DNA of 63,581 bases, filler included, from Hyphochytrium catenoides (GCA_900088475.1; 11 parts of 11 records of this genome joined end to end with filler, not necessarily neighbours in it); one strand, 5' to 3'; counted from the whole stretch's first letter, positions 1 to 13,392 are shown. Translations and numbers: made by a program. Notes: generated by a model from the sequence alone, not told the origin.

Positions 1-140
1 AGCAACTGTTCCATGTGCTCGTCAGGCTAAAGGAGCAGAGACAAAGATGGGCGTGGCACGCATGGCAAGGTCAGTCGGTCTATCCTCAACCTAATGGGCC
101 TCTCTCTATCGTTAGTCTTCCTTTGTTCGCTCTCTCCTTC

Positions 141-173
<33 letters not shown>

Positions 174-3100
174 CTCACTTCTACCCATGCGATCTCTAAT
201 AAATTGGTGCATGTAGCTCTTGCAGGAAAGAGCAGCCGAGAGTTGCTGCGGATGAAACTTCGGGCAGCCCGACACAGGCAGAGGAGCACCGAACAAACGG
301 TCAGAGGACTTAGGAAAGCGCTTACCGACCTCATTGAACCGGGTAACAAGGATTTCTCTCCTTCTCACTGCTTTCCTAGCCCTTTCTCTCTCTCCACCAC
401 CATGTCCGTCTCTCTCTCTCCCTCTCTCTGTCTCTCTCTCTTTCATCCATATCATCTCTCTCTGCCGTCTTTTGCCTGACCTTAGCCTCTGGACTTCGCC
501 TGCGTTACCTTCTGTGCCGATACCTCAAGCCGTGAATCTCAGTCAAAAGTGGCTTTCTCTCTAACTTTCCATCTGGTGGAGTCTCGTCTCTCATCTTTAG
601 TCCTGTCAGAGTCTTCTGACACCCTTCTTTTGCTTTCAGGAGCTAGGGTGGAGCGTTCACTCTCCGTCTTCGAGCGCCTGCAAATGTCAAGAGAAGACCT
701 TCTTTCGCTTCAGCTCAGACAACAGAACCAGCTGGAAGTTACGGTGCGTAAAGAGGTTTGTGGAATATCTTGTCTTAAGTCCGAAGCCCGTTCTGGTCCT
801 TGCTTTAAAGAGACAAGGGGCCTCGTGTCTCTCTCTCTCTCTGCCTCTCTCTCTCTCTCTCTTCCCCCCTTCCTAATAGCACATCTGCGTCTCTAGCTAT
901 CCGCCATGGCCTGCTTCTCTCTACTTCATCCATGGCCTCTGTTCTGCTTGCTCTAACTGAGAGCTGTCGTGCTAAAGCGGGCTGCTTCAGCTTGCTCAAC
1001 TCGCAGGCTTCTCTCTTTCGCCTGCACTCTCCTTGCCATCCTTTCTTCTCCCCTTTCTTTCCTCTATTTGGAACTCTAATGCTCTCTGCTCGCGCTTTCC
1101 TTCCCGGGGACATTGGTTTACTCTCTCTCCCTCTCTCTTACGCGTGCACCCCGGCCCTTTGTCTCTTTCGTTGGACACTTTTATACATAGAGAGAAAAGT
1201 TGACGGCATCGATGGAGACTTGCTCCCTGTACCTCCATGCAGCGAGGCTCTGCTTTGCACAGACAGCAGCTGAGATCCTGAATCCCGGCTGGAGGGTACA
1301 AGGCTCTCTTCCACCTACAACTTCTATGGATCCCTCTCCGCTCTCTCTCCCCTATACGACGGACTATGCCTCTCTCTTCCCTGTCTTGCCGCCAGAGAAG
1401 GTACTTCCAGGCCGAATTATCTGGCCCGTCTCTCTCTCTGAAGAGAGAAATAAGGCACCTGTGGATGAGGTCTTTGTCTCCAAGCCTGTGCATGACAGGT
1501 TTGCAGTGGCTTCAAAGATGAAGGTAGAGTCTAGAGACTGCTATGATTCCTCCTCACTTCTTCTCTCCTACCACGACGCTAGCTGCAGCACGGAAAAAGG
1601 AGAAATAAGAGAGAATGAAAATAGCTCTTTATCCTCTGCTTTCTCTTCACCTTCGGACTCTCTCTCTTTGGAGGATCTCTGTGAGATTCTGCAGCGACTG
1701 CATGGGCTTCTCCCTTCTGCTTGGTCGGAAGAGTGGGAGTCCACCCTTGTGCTGGTGCAGGCTGCCTGCGAAGGAGCGCGCGGGTGCGAGATGAAAGAGA
1801 CAAGGAAAGAGAGAAAGGACCACTCAAGAGAGAAAGAGCAGGACGTCCTCTTCCCTTCTGTTCCTTCGCATAGAATAGTGAGAGGAAGCTTAAGAACAAG
1901 AACGGAGGCTATCAACTTCAATGCTCTCTCCGCTCTCTTTGGTTCTCGCTTCAACTCATCTTCCTCCTCGTCTTCTTCCCACTGCAAAGCAATTTCTACT
2001 GTGTGGAAAGAGGGCACAGTCTATCGCATTCCCTCTTTCATGAGCGGTCACTTTGATCACAGATGGCCGAGACAAAGAAGGGAAAGGACGACAAAGGACG
2101 AGAGAGAGGAAGAATGGAAGAGCCTAGCCAAACAAGAAGTCGGAGATGTACAACAGCGTGTGGAGAGAGAGAAGAAAGAGGACAATGAAGAGGAAGAGAG
2201 AGAGAGCATCATCATCATCGATCAAGGCTCTTCATATCTTTCCGTCGCAGGGATTTCTCCCGAAGGAGACATTCTCCTGCCACAAGTATGGTGCACGAAG
2301 GAACCAGGAGAAAGAGAGGGACCAGAGAGAAGAGATACGGGAGATAGGGGCGCACAGACTGTGGAAGAGAAGACTGAAATATTTCACGATGGGCATAGCA
2401 GAACAGCCGCAGAAGAAAGGAAAAACCGAGGAAAAGCGAGACAGAGGGCGAAGAAGACAGTGGCCTCAGAAGGAAAGAGGAGGAGAAAGCCTAGAGGTGC
2501 TCCAGCGCAAACGAGAGACAGAAGGAGCAAGGAATGTACAGCAGTCTCTACTCTTCCATCCTCAGAAGGAACTCCCAGGCAGCTAGAGAGCAGTGATGGA
2601 GAAAGGAGAAGAGGAGCTCACAGCGGATGTTTAGATAATGGCAGAGGGAAAGAGAGAGAGGCCCCATCTCCTATGCAGAGAGGAAGAGTGGTTGACTTCT
2701 CGCTCTTAATGTTTCTGTGGAAGGAGCATGTTAGGCCTATCACACTCGCAATCGGGAAGAGGACAGAGAAGATGAAGGTGTGCTGCCTCTCTGCGCCGAC
2801 TCTTTCACTCACACACTCTCTTTTTTCTCTCTCTTTTTCTTTCCCGCGAACGAGTTTCTCTCTCTGTAGCCCCTGCGAAGGATGGGTTCTTTGTCTTTCA
2901 GTTGTTGACGCCATAGCGCTGCGTGAGCACCTCCCTCGTCTCTTTTGCTTGCTCTCTGTAGTGTCTCTGTCTGTCTGTCTGTCTTCTCGCTATCTCTCTA
3001 GCTGTCTCCTTTTCTTCCCTTGCTTTCTTCTCTCTTGCTTTCTCTTTCTCTGATCGCCGCTATCTTTTCATCGGTCCGAGACATCTCAAGAGGTGCTTTC

Positions 3101-5250
3101 GTGGCCGTTGTTTCGGTCTGCCTGCCTCTCTCTTTCGATCTTACTCTCTTCTCCACAGGCGATCGTTGTCATCAACTCGGAGTCACCCTTCTGGGAGAGA
3201 GAGCGGCTAGCCGAGATCCTCTTTGACACCTTCAGCGTCTCTTCTGTAATGTTGGCAGATCGGTCTCTGCTCTCTCACTCTTTCTATGCCCGAAGCTCTC
3301 TGGGCACTTCCTCTTCAAAGAGTGGTAGGACTGCCTCGTACTGCTCTCTCTCTCATATCTTGGTCCCTTATCCCCTAGTCCTCTGATCGCAGGCTTTTAT
3401 CTTGAATTTCTCTTTCTCTCTCCCTCTGTCCTCCACTTCTTTCTCTTCTACTATCTCTACTCACCTAATGTCTCTCAATCCCCTGTGATCGTTACTCAGC
3501 ACTGTTCTCCTCTTGTCCCTTTCATGTCCCTCAGCTTTAAAGGCTCAGGACCTTACATCTAAGGAAGCTGTGGAGTCTGTCCTTCGCGCCAGTGGCAGCC
3601 TGTCGTCAGGCCTGTTTGTGGACTCAGGCCAAGGAGAGACGCGGATAGTACCATTCGTCTCGGGCAAAGTAGAGAGAGAAAAGATTCTTCTTCTACCGCA
3701 TATCTCTGGAGAGAACTTAACAGCGTCTCTTCAGCGCATCTTGGACGGGGACAACGATCGAGAGAACGTTCAGGGCGAAGGAGAAGAAGGCGGGGACCTC
3801 AATGCAGACTTCTTGAGGACTTTCAGGCGGCGATGTGAGAGAGAGAGATGGAGAATTGCGGAAGATATCAAGATCACGTGCTGCGTTGTCTCTCCTCTGC
3901 GTTCAGCTCCTTCTACCTCTTTCTCCAGCGATGAGAGGGACGCCGATGGAAAAGCGAGGGAAGAGAAAGACAAGCGTGTGCAAGAAAGAGTGGATGCGAA
4001 GAACGTAGAGACAGAGAAGGTTGTAGTCTATGAGTTGGACTTAGGAGAGAGAGAGGGCAAGGTGGCCACTCGCATTCCCGAAGGTCTAGTGCGTGTACCG
4101 GGAGACTTATTCTTTGGAGAGGAAGGTCGAAGAACGGAGCCTTCTCTCCAGAGGTAATGAGACAGCAATTGCTTTCTGCGTGTTCTGCTACCCTTTCTCT
4201 CTCTCCATACTTGTCTGCTTCGTTATCCTATGCCTAGAAGTTCCTAAATCATTCTCATTCGTGTGCCGTTGCAGGAGGCAAGCTTCCTAGCATCATCCCT
4301 GCAATCGCTTGATAGCTTGAATCGCTCTGACGTCTTCCCGTTTTGCAATGGCCCACTTCGTCTCTCTCTGTCTCTCTCTCTCTCTGTCTTTCTTCTTCTT
4401 TCCCTTCTTCCCGCTCGCCCTAAATTCTCATATAGGGCCATTGCTGACTGTCTGTCGGGGTTCACTTCTCACCAACGCCAGCTGATGGTCAGAAATATTA
4501 TCCTGCACGGGGGCAATTGCCAGCTACCAGGTCAGTATCACGTTTCATGTCCTTCTCTCTCCCTTTTGGTCTTCTCTCTTTCTCTTTCGTGGTTGTTTCT
4601 TCTTCATGCCTCTCTTTCTTGCCATGCCCTCCTGCACTGTCCGCTATGGAGCTTCCATGGGGTGGTAGGTTCTTCACCCTGTCTGTCCTCACGTCTTTAA
4701 TTCTCTCTTCTTTTCTGCTTTCCATTTCAATCTCCATCGCTGGTTATAGTCCACTGCCGCTCTTCTTGCTCTTCCGCAGTTGATTCTATGACCTTCTGCG
4801 TGTGTCTCTCTCCTTCTCTCTTCCTCGTTCTTGCGGCTCTCTCTCTCTCACTCGCCCTCATATATAAATATATGTATTTAGGCTTCAAAGACCGTCTAAG
4901 AGACGAGCTTCAGAGGGTAACTGGGATGGAGCCAAGGTAGGTTTGGGCTTCTTTCTGTATGTCTTCTGGTGGTCTCTCTACTCTTCCTTCTTCCCTTTCG
5001 TGAGCTGGCTCCTTATCTCCCTTTCTATCTCTCGGTCTGTCTCTCTGTCCCCTAGCCCATCCAGTCTCTCTTCCATGTAAACGGTTTGATCCGTCGATCT
5101 GACGCATCTTTTGACCTTAGAATCTATGGTCCTGCAGCAGAGGAGAGAGAGTTTACCCTCGCCGCGGTGCTGCAGCAACTGCACCAGGGAACAGGAAAGA
5201 GTCAGCTAGATAGAAACCTCGAGACATGGCTGAAGAGTCCGTGGGGCTGA
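1..5250 (+). CDS. Highly divergent actin-related protein with long N-terminal extension; 5'-partial, spliced (exons approx. 1-69, 226-342, 640-743, 1263-2777, 3159-3324, 3535-4153, 4436-4530, 4882-4936, 5121-5250)
   Basis: Actin motifs occur in the right order across frame-consistent GT-AG introns: IIIDQGSSYLSVAG (phosphate-1), SPMQRGRVVDFSLLMFLW, ERERLAEILFDTFSV, GLFVDSGQGETRIVPFVSG (phosphate-2), RIAEDIK, RNIILHGGNCQLPG/FKDRLRDEL (adenosine motif), then PRIYGPAAEEREF and TGA at 5248-5250. Confidence 0.85.
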
Positions 5251-5987
5251 CAAGCTGACAACACCAGGAGAGGCGAGGAAGGACGTCCTCCAAGAGCTCG
5301 TTCATGAAGAAGAACGTTTATAGAGATGAAAGCACTCTCAACCTGAAGAGCAGAGAAAATCTAGAAACGGAAGGGAAACAAGAAGCGCTCAGGAGAGGCC
5401 CAGCGAGGCAAAGAGCTGAGGCCAAACGGAGGACGGCGCAACGTTGAAAATCTTGGCTATCACAACGAGGTCGACAGGGAAGAAATGGAGAAAGTAAGAG
5501 AAGGGAGACCTTATGAAGAGGTTGTATTGGGGGAGGAAGAGATCTACAGGTCACCTGACAGAGCGTCACTTCTCATTACTATTTCTTCGTCTTCCCTCGC
5601 GCGTCCTCCCTCGCGTGGGCAGATATATTATACAAGGCCAACAGATGGAGAAGAGTGAAAGGTAGGGAAGAAAAGAGAGCGGGGAGCAAAGAAGAGAGTT
5701 GGGCAGCAGAGTGCAGAGGAGACACAGACAGAGAAAGAGATCGAGAGAGAGGGAGGTGAAAGATACGAAGACACAGAGAGATAACAGAGAGAGAAGACAG
5801 AGAATCGGCGAGAGAAGACAGAGAATCGGCAAGAGAGAGAGAGAGAGAGAGAGAAGAGAGATTGACGGGAAAAGAGAGAGAGAGACAGAGACAGAGAGAG
5901 AAAGAGACGGAGACGGTAATGGAAAACCGCACAGCACATCCTTTATTTATGAACATTTATAAAACACCAAGAACGGATCAGGTCTTT

Positions 5988-7580
5988 TCATACATTCTTC
6001 TTTATAAACATGCAGCAGACAGAGATGTCGTCTTTCTTCCCACAGTGGGCCTGTGAGACCTCTGAGAGCTGCTGGAGAGAGTAATACTCGCTGTTCTTAG
6101 ACAGCATCACCTCCTTATCCATGCATTTTCTCCTTGTACTCCTCAGGGACATCAGCTTTACCGCCTGCCGAAGATGAAAGTCAAGAGAGACGGAAGAATT
6201 CAGCGACGAGGAAGAGAGAGAGGAGCATCTCCTGTCCTGGGAGAGACGTGTGACCAGCTTGTGATAGGCCCGTGTGCCTGAGACGGCGAAGGGACGACGG
6301 TCTTTGCCGCTGTTAGCGCAGGCCTTAGAAAGCTCCGCGACAGCTTGAGCTACCTTCTCCGCGTTTTGACTAGAGATTAAGAGGCAGAGAAATGGAAGAG
6401 AGACGTCAGTTTCCTGGAAGTAGAACCAAGAAAGGAAGAGTCCTCAAGAGTGGGGAGACGAGAGAGAGAGCGAGACCAAGAGAGAGAAGGGGTAAAGAAG
6501 GGATAGACCACCGAGCGATCGAAAGAGCTTCATAGAGAGTAATGCAGGATAAAAAGAGATAAAAAAACAGGCGTGAGAGAGAGAGAGAAAGAGAGAGAGA
6601 GAAAGAAAGAACAGCGGGAGGATAGGCGTAATCTTCTCCTTTCGTGGCTTATCTTACCCTCTATGCTGTGCCACACAGTCCAGCAGCTCATCCTCAAAGA
6701 GATTATCAGACACACCGTCAGAGAACGTGAGAAGAATGTCCTCCTCTTGGAGAGAGAAACTCTCCCAGTTGATAAACGCAACGCAGTCCCTTAGCATTGT
6801 CCCAACGACTGCAGGCACATTCCAGCTCTGTGTGACACTGATTGTCTCAAACACGACTCTTCCGTCTCTTATCACCACTGTCTTGCTGTCTCCGAGCGTG
6901 AGCGTATGGAGAGAGAGAGAGGGAAGGTCCACGTACGCAACGCTCATTGTTGTCCCCACGACGGTTCCCTTACACTGGGCTTTTGCCTTGGCAATGGCGC
7001 GAAGAGCAAGAGCATGCATCGTGTTCTTGTCCACTAGGGAAGAAGAGAGGGAAGGAGAAGAAGAGGAGGAGAGAAAGGAAGAAGAAGAGCCCTTTCTCTC
7101 TCTGCTTCTCTTCTCTAGTGCCCTGGTAGAGCGGGAGTACAAGGCAAAGAGCTCAGAAGAGAGAAAGTTGGCGAGGGAACGCGCGAGCAGAGCAGAAGAC
7201 TCTTTGCTTCCTCCTACACCGTCCGCCACGATCTGAAAGTTAGGCCCACAGGCGGCTGCATCCTCTCCATGGCCAGGCGCTGGCTTCTCTACGCAAGCGC
7301 AAGAGAGAGAGACTTCCCGCCAAGAGAGAGAGTAGCCGCAGCCACTCTCTCTCTTCTCGTACCGCGAAGTACTATCTATGGCTTTAGCGGTCGTCTCTCT
7401 CGGGAGAAAGAGCTCTTTTCCTCTCTGTGACCCGCCGTAGCGCTTCAAACTGTTGGGTGCAGCGTTCTCTTTCTCTGAAGACCCGGAGCGGCTCCGATTG
7501 AAGAGTAAATCCCATAGAAAGTCCAGCGTAGATCCCTGCGGAGAGAGCTCCGATGCTTCGGGGCTGGCCACTTCAAACAT
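5988..7580 (-). CDS. PP2C-family protein phosphatase, PTC7-like (exons 7580-6658, 6369-5988; true start may lie further upstream)
   Basis: Motifs GEDA, VADGVGG, GTT, LGDS, FSDGVSDNL and terminal GKKDDISV. The phase-2 GT-AG intron joins in frame; stop is TGA at 5988-5990. Confidence 0.88.
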
Positions 7581-8054
7581 TATGATAAACGGGATGGATG
7601 GAGGGGGAGAGAGAAAGAGAGAGAGAGAGAGACGAAGAGAGAGGGGACGTTTCTTGTCCCGCGTCAAGTGGGAGGATAGACTCTGTCGGCAGAGATTGCC
7701 ATCGCCATGAGGATCATCTCGCCCTCTCTAATGTCATCCAAACTGTCGCGCGGAAAGAAAGGCGCAGACAGCGCCGGAGAAAAGAGAGAGAGAGAGAGAC
7801 GGAAGAAACAGACAGTGCAACGCTTGCAAACAAATAAGAAGAAGAAAAGTGCTTGAAAGGAGGCGCCGATGGGGAGGCTTTCTCTCTCTCAGTTGCTGCC
7901 TTTGCCGATGAAGCTTTTGCGCCACTTCCAGAGCTGAGGACGGCCCAGTCCTGAACTGCCGCTGATGTAAGAGAACTAGTAACTCATTCAAGACCATGAA
8001 GGCAAGAACGTAGGCAGTATGCAGCATGGAGCGAGACAACATGGGATAGATGAC

Positions 8055-8085
<31 letters not shown>

Positions 8086-8550
8086 NNNNNNNNNNNNNNN
8101 NNNNNNNNNNNNNNNNNNNNNNNNNNNNNNNNAGAGAAAGAACGCTGTGGACGAGTCATGATGCGGACGCAGTCCTACCTCCTGAGGTGTCTGGCAATAC
8201 AGGTCCAAAGAGATACAAATGACAATCAGACAGATTGAAACCGAGACATCACACAACTATCACTACAGGGCATATGGCTACAGACAGAGTCTAAAGATAG
8301 ACGAAGGTGACAAAGAAAGAGTCCAGAAAGGACACGGAGCCATGGAGAGAGAGAGAACTCTGAAAACGGCTCTTGCTCTGTTTGCAGAACATCAAAGCGG
8401 TTAATTACTAGGTAGGAAAGCTGCCTGGAGTGTATTTATAGCTGAGAAAGCGGTTTAATATCAGGTAGTTGAACTTCAGAAAGTACATGCTGGCCCCATT
8501 GCCCAGCTGCAGCTGACAATGGCACCTGCTCTCTCTCTCTCTCTCTCCCT

Positions 8551-8650
8551 NNNNNNNNNNNNNNNNNNNNNNNNNNNNNNNNNNNNNNNNNNNNTTAATT
8601 AATTAANNNNNNNNNNNNNNNNNNNNNNNNNNNNNNNNNNNNNNNNNNNN
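8551..8650. other. Artificial scaffold-joining spacer (44N-TTAATTAATTAA-44N). Identical spacers at 12996-13095, 18066-18165, 24104-24203, 47458-47557, 52625-52724, 55103-55202, 57191-57290, 59811-59910, 61762-61861
   Basis: The same 12-mer, which gives stops in all six frames, is flanked by fixed-length N runs 10 times. Genes are cut at these points. Confidence 0.97.
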
Positions 8651-9610
8651 ATCTTCTTGCTTCTTCCTGTCTTCCAAGACTGCTATCTCAGTATATTGAT
8701 GACTGCTGGCAGCACCACCAGCTGCTAATCGATCAAGCAGGTGGATGATAAAAGTTCGTAGGCAGCGGCTACCCTGAAGAAGTTATTGGTTGGCGGCCAA
8801 GTCTGGGCCAGTTCCCCTGCTGCCTATAGAGAAAAAAAGGCTCAGGCATCCCCGGCCTGGCTCTCCGACAACTGCCTATTAAAGGTAGAACAAGGCTGGA
8901 GGACTCAGCGCGAGGACCGTGCTCGCCAGGCTGCCTTCCTAAGGAAAGCCCAGAGGATCTGTCCGTGATGCCCTGCTGCCCTTTATAATAGAGTGGGGAA
9001 GAGGACATGGACCTTGCTTCAAGTTGGACGGCTGGGCATTGGGCCACTTCCCAGTGTTAATATCTCACCGCCATCTGCCATCATATGAAAACATCAGCGT
9101 TTGACCCAAACAAACCCTAAGAGATGGACATATCGCCATGCTTTTTCATGTCTTGTCGCTCCAGTTCAAGGCTGCTTTCCTGATAACCGCACTTGGCAGA
9201 AGTCTTCTAATAGGTCATCAGGGCAGAGAGAGAGAGAAAGAAAGAGAGACGAAACAAGAGCACGACGATGGAGTAGAATGAGATCGGACGAAGAGACAGA
9301 TATGTATATATTTACTATATGCCCATGCTCTGTACGAGAGAGAAGAACAATACCGCCAGGCTTAACTCAATGCATTTGTTCCTCACCAGTGAGAAGAGAT
9401 TCATTAGCATCAACAGCTCTTCCTATTATCCTATTATATACCTCTCTGGACACCAGGCACGAAGAGGGAAAGATTTGTACAGAGGAAGGAGCCGAAAGGA
9501 GAGATCACAATGGCAGAGCTGCCAGGAGATCCCAAGATAGAGCAGCCTGCCAAGGACGGAGTAGCCACGAACAGGACGGACAACCTTTAGCTGTCCGCCA
9601 ACACCTTTCT

Positions 9611-11596
9611 CTACATCGCGGGGCTACTCTTTGCAGAGGCAAACGAGGGAGAGCGAGAAGATGACGAGAGAAACGCAGGAGAGGAGGGAGAAGAAGAGAA
9701 GAGAAGTACTACCGGCCTCTCGGAAGTCGCGATGAGAGAGACGACCTCCGCCAGCTCCAGGCCTTGAACCTCAATGTTATTCACGGACAACAAGGTATCG
9801 TTCAGCCGAGCGAGGTCTTTCCCTCTGTGGACGCCGGGGAAGAGATCCGGGAGGATCTTTGAGATGTAGACTCTCGAAGTGACGAAGTCTTGTTTGAGAG
9901 AGATCGCAAGCTTGTACCTGTCGCACCAGAGGACGTGGTAGACGCTAGGTCTCTTTTCTTCTTCTTCCTGCTGCCCTGCCTGTTCCCCTAATACGTCTCT
10001 CCTCTCTCCCCTATGTTCGCAGAGCTGCTCGTTCACAAGCAGCATCTGCTGCGCCGCAATCTGTGCCTGTCTCTCTTCTTCATAGGGAAGAGGAGGTGCG
10101 GAGAGGGTAAGAGTTCTTCGTCCCGCTTCTCCTCCTCCATGACTCTTTCTTCCTATGTCTGGATGGCTGTCAAACGCAGCGAGAGACGAGGCGGAAGGGA
10201 AAGAAGTGGAAGATGGACGTGGAGAAGAACTGTCACCAGCCACTAGTGGAGTGACAACCGGTAGAAGCTCTCTTCTGGGATCATAAGAGAGAGATGGCAG
10301 AGCAGCACCAGAAGAGAGAGAGGAGTGCGAAGGAGGGCTTCGGACTGGGGAGTCTCGACCGGGAACGACCGTGAAGACAGAGGGATGAGGAGGATGCGCT
10401 TCTCTCTCTTGTTCTTTGCTAGAGGCTTTCAGTTGGCGGAGTGGGGAGAGCACCGCAGTGTTCTTTCCTGGTGACTTGGTCCCTTCTCTGCCTCCCTGTT
10501 CCTCAATGGTACCCTCTTCTTGCCGCTGCAGCTTGTGAGGATAGTAAGGGGAGAAGGTGTAGGAGGAGGCGATCGAGGAGTTCTTGTCTCTCTCTTCAGG
10601 AGAAGGAGTCCTAAGAACTATTCTCTCAGCAGCATAGTCTTTCGTCATCTCCTGTGTCTCCCAGCCTGTCGGAGCTTCTTCCATTCCATCCTCTTCTCCT
10701 TTCTTGTTCTGCTCCTCGAGCACTACTACCTCTTGCATCTGAAGGCTCTTTCTCTCTTTTCTCTCGCTCGCAGTCACGTCGTCTTCTCTCTCTCTCTCTT
10801 GCTCTTGCTCATTTGTAGTAGGTGACTGTAGCTGCCCGACGCTCGAACAACCAATCTTCTTTTCTAGCTCCTCGCCTGAGGCTCGTCGCGGCCGTCTACA
10901 ATGAACTTTGTTCACAGGTAACGACGAAGTAAGGAGAGAAGAAGACCCGCCAGTAGAGGAAGAACGGGAAGCATTGGGAGGTGGAGGAAGCTCGATGCTT
11001 GTGACGGAAGAGGTAGAAACAGAGTTGATCCGTGCCACTCGGCCCGCAACGTTCCTCTCCACCATCGTAGGCCGGACAAAGGTCAGCGTGATCGGGAACG
11101 GCTGAGACGTAAGCAGCTCTATCACGGCCTCAATGCCGACATAGGACGTCCCAATGTCATTAGCAGCCACCAGGACGTCCCCTGGCGTGACCTTCCCATA
11201 GAAATCAGGGCAGGCGTCCGGTCCAAATGTGGACTTCAAAGAGCCGATGATCGGCCATCCGTCCTGCATCTTTAAGAAGAAGCCCGTGGTTCCTCGGGAC
11301 CACGTGACGGCGAAGGTCGTTCCCTCGGGAGGCTCGTGCAGCTCGGAAGAGTAGAAGGAAGAAGAGTATTGTGGAGAACAGGGAAGAAGAGAGACATGTG
11401 GCGGCAGAGGAGAGGGAGAAGGATGAGCCGGCGGAGAGAAAGAAGGTCCTCCGAGATGGACAGGGAGAGAACAGAAAGGTGGGGGAGGAGGAGGAGGAGG
11501 AGCCGCGTAGGCAAACTGCGGAGGCGTCAGCAAGGCCTCGCCGTGAGAATAAGAGAGGTGCCATCCTCCTCCTTCGCTTCCCCTATTGTTCCTTGC

Positions 11597-11628
<32 letters not shown>

Positions 11629-12991
11629 GTCTTTCTCCTGCTTCCCATGTCTTGCTGGACGGATCTGGTGATGAGAGAGGAGAGAGAGTCCTTCTCTCCC
11701 ACTCTCCTCTGTCTCTTGACATGCCCCGAAGAGGTTGGGGATGATGGGGATCTTGCCTGCTAGGAGAAGAGAGAGATTGAGGAGGATAGTGAGCGGAAGG
11801 GAGAGGCTGACCGAGGATGTGGCTCTCTTCCTCCTTCTCTTTCTGCACTCTTTCGCTTCTCTCTTCCTCTCTTTCCACGGTTGGTCCAGCTGTGTTCCAC
11901 GCAGAAAAAGAAGAAGAAAGGGTGCTCTCTTCTCTCTGCTGCGCCGCTCTTGTCTCTTCTCTTCTGTCCTGGCCTTCCTGAGACTCCCCTGCCTGCTGCT
12001 CTCTCTGATGAGGGACAGGCGGAGAACGGGCAGCGGAAGAGAAAGCAGCAGGAGAGAGAGAAGAGACGTTGCGCTCTCCTTCTCTTTCTCCTCCCATTTT
12101 GTCAGCACTCCGTCGTCTCTCCTCTCTGCTGCCGATATAGGGGTGGGACGAGGCCACCGGAGGAGAGAGGGAGGAAGCCGGAGGAGAGACGTATTTCTGA
12201 GGGAGAGTAGACTGAGGAGGGGAGAGATAAGCAGGAGAGAGCGAGGGATCTTCCCTCCTTGTCCTGTCTCTCTCTTTCTCTCTTCTAGGAGGAGTCTCAG
12301 GGTAGAAGAAAGGCACTTGAGGCTGGACACCATCGTAGCTGTGTCTCCCTCCAAAGTCTCTCTCTCCCTCTCTTTCTCCTCTTGCCCTTGCTATCTGCCC
12401 AACGTCATAACTCTGTCTCAGACCTTCATGGTCGTCTCTCTCTCCTCCTCTCCAATAGGTTAGACCGCTATCGTAGCTGTGTCGCCCTCCTTCCTCTCTT
12501 TCTCTCCCTCTTCTTCTTCTTCCCATCCCTCTTTCTCCTCTCTTCTCTCCTCCTCTCTCTCGAATACCATCTCCCCTGCTCTCCCTAAAGTGCCTAGATC
12601 CTGGTCTCTCCGGCGTGAAGGTTCGAGAGAGGCGACGGTTAGAAGAAGAGAGAATAGGAGAAGAGACACCTAGTTCTTCTCCCTCTTCTTCTCTCTCTCC
12701 TAGTCCGCGCATCCATCTTCGGAGTCTTTCTGCTTTTTGCCTCTGTTTCTCAAAGTCCACGTCCTCTCTCCCTGGAGGAGGAGGAAGAGGAGCACGAGCA
12801 GCAGGAGGTGGAGGCGGAGGAGGAGAGAAAGGAGAGACAACTTCTTCTTCTTCCGCTGCCACTTTGCCTCCTCTCTCTTCTTCTTGTTGCTCAACCTGTT
12901 CTGTCTCCTGCTGCTGCGAAGCGGAAGGTTTCCGATCGTTGTTCTTCCTCCATGGGAAGCTGGAGACAGAGCGACGCATTAGCGCAGCCAT
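9611..12991 (-). CDS. Intronless 1126-aa low-complexity protein with two PDZ-like domains (start abuts scaffold end, possibly partial)
   Basis: TFAVTWSRGTTGFFL...GKVTPGDVLVAANDIG...VIELLTSQPFPITLTFVRP and YHVLWCDRYKLAISL...LNDTLLSVNNIEVQGLELAEVVSLIATSERPVVLLF both fit the PDZ pattern (GD.L..VN...V..L.....P+.L.F). The rest is Pro/Ser/Glu/Arg-rich. Confidence 0.8.
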
Positions 12992-13392
12992 TGCANNNNN
13001 NNNNNNNNNNNNNNNNNNNNNNNNNNNNNNNNNNNNNNNTTAATTAATTAANNNNNNNNNNNNNNNNNNNNNNNNNNNNNNNNNNNNNNNNNNNNGAGAG
13101 AGAGAGAGAGAGGGGAAGAGAGAGAGAGAGAACGAGAGAGAGAGAGAACGAGAGAGAGAGAGAACGAGAGAGAGAAGAGGAAAGAAGGGAAGGAGATAGA
13201 GTATCAGGGAGACACAGAGAAAGAGAGAAAAAACGTTAGCGATGAAGGAGAGACAAGAGAGGGACAGGGATGAGTGGAACCAAGAGAAAGGCGGACAAAG
13301 AGAGAAGAAAAGTAGGAGAGAGAAGAAGAACAAAGAACAAAGAAGAGAGAGACAAAGAGACAAGAGGAAAGAGAGAAAGCAGTGAGACAGAC

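Noticed and set aside
7734-8159. Separate membrane-protein ORF upstream of the PP2C
   Set aside because: It spans an N gap and microsatellites and has no motif. It could be UTR or a frameshifted 5' part of the PP2C gene, but this is unsupported.
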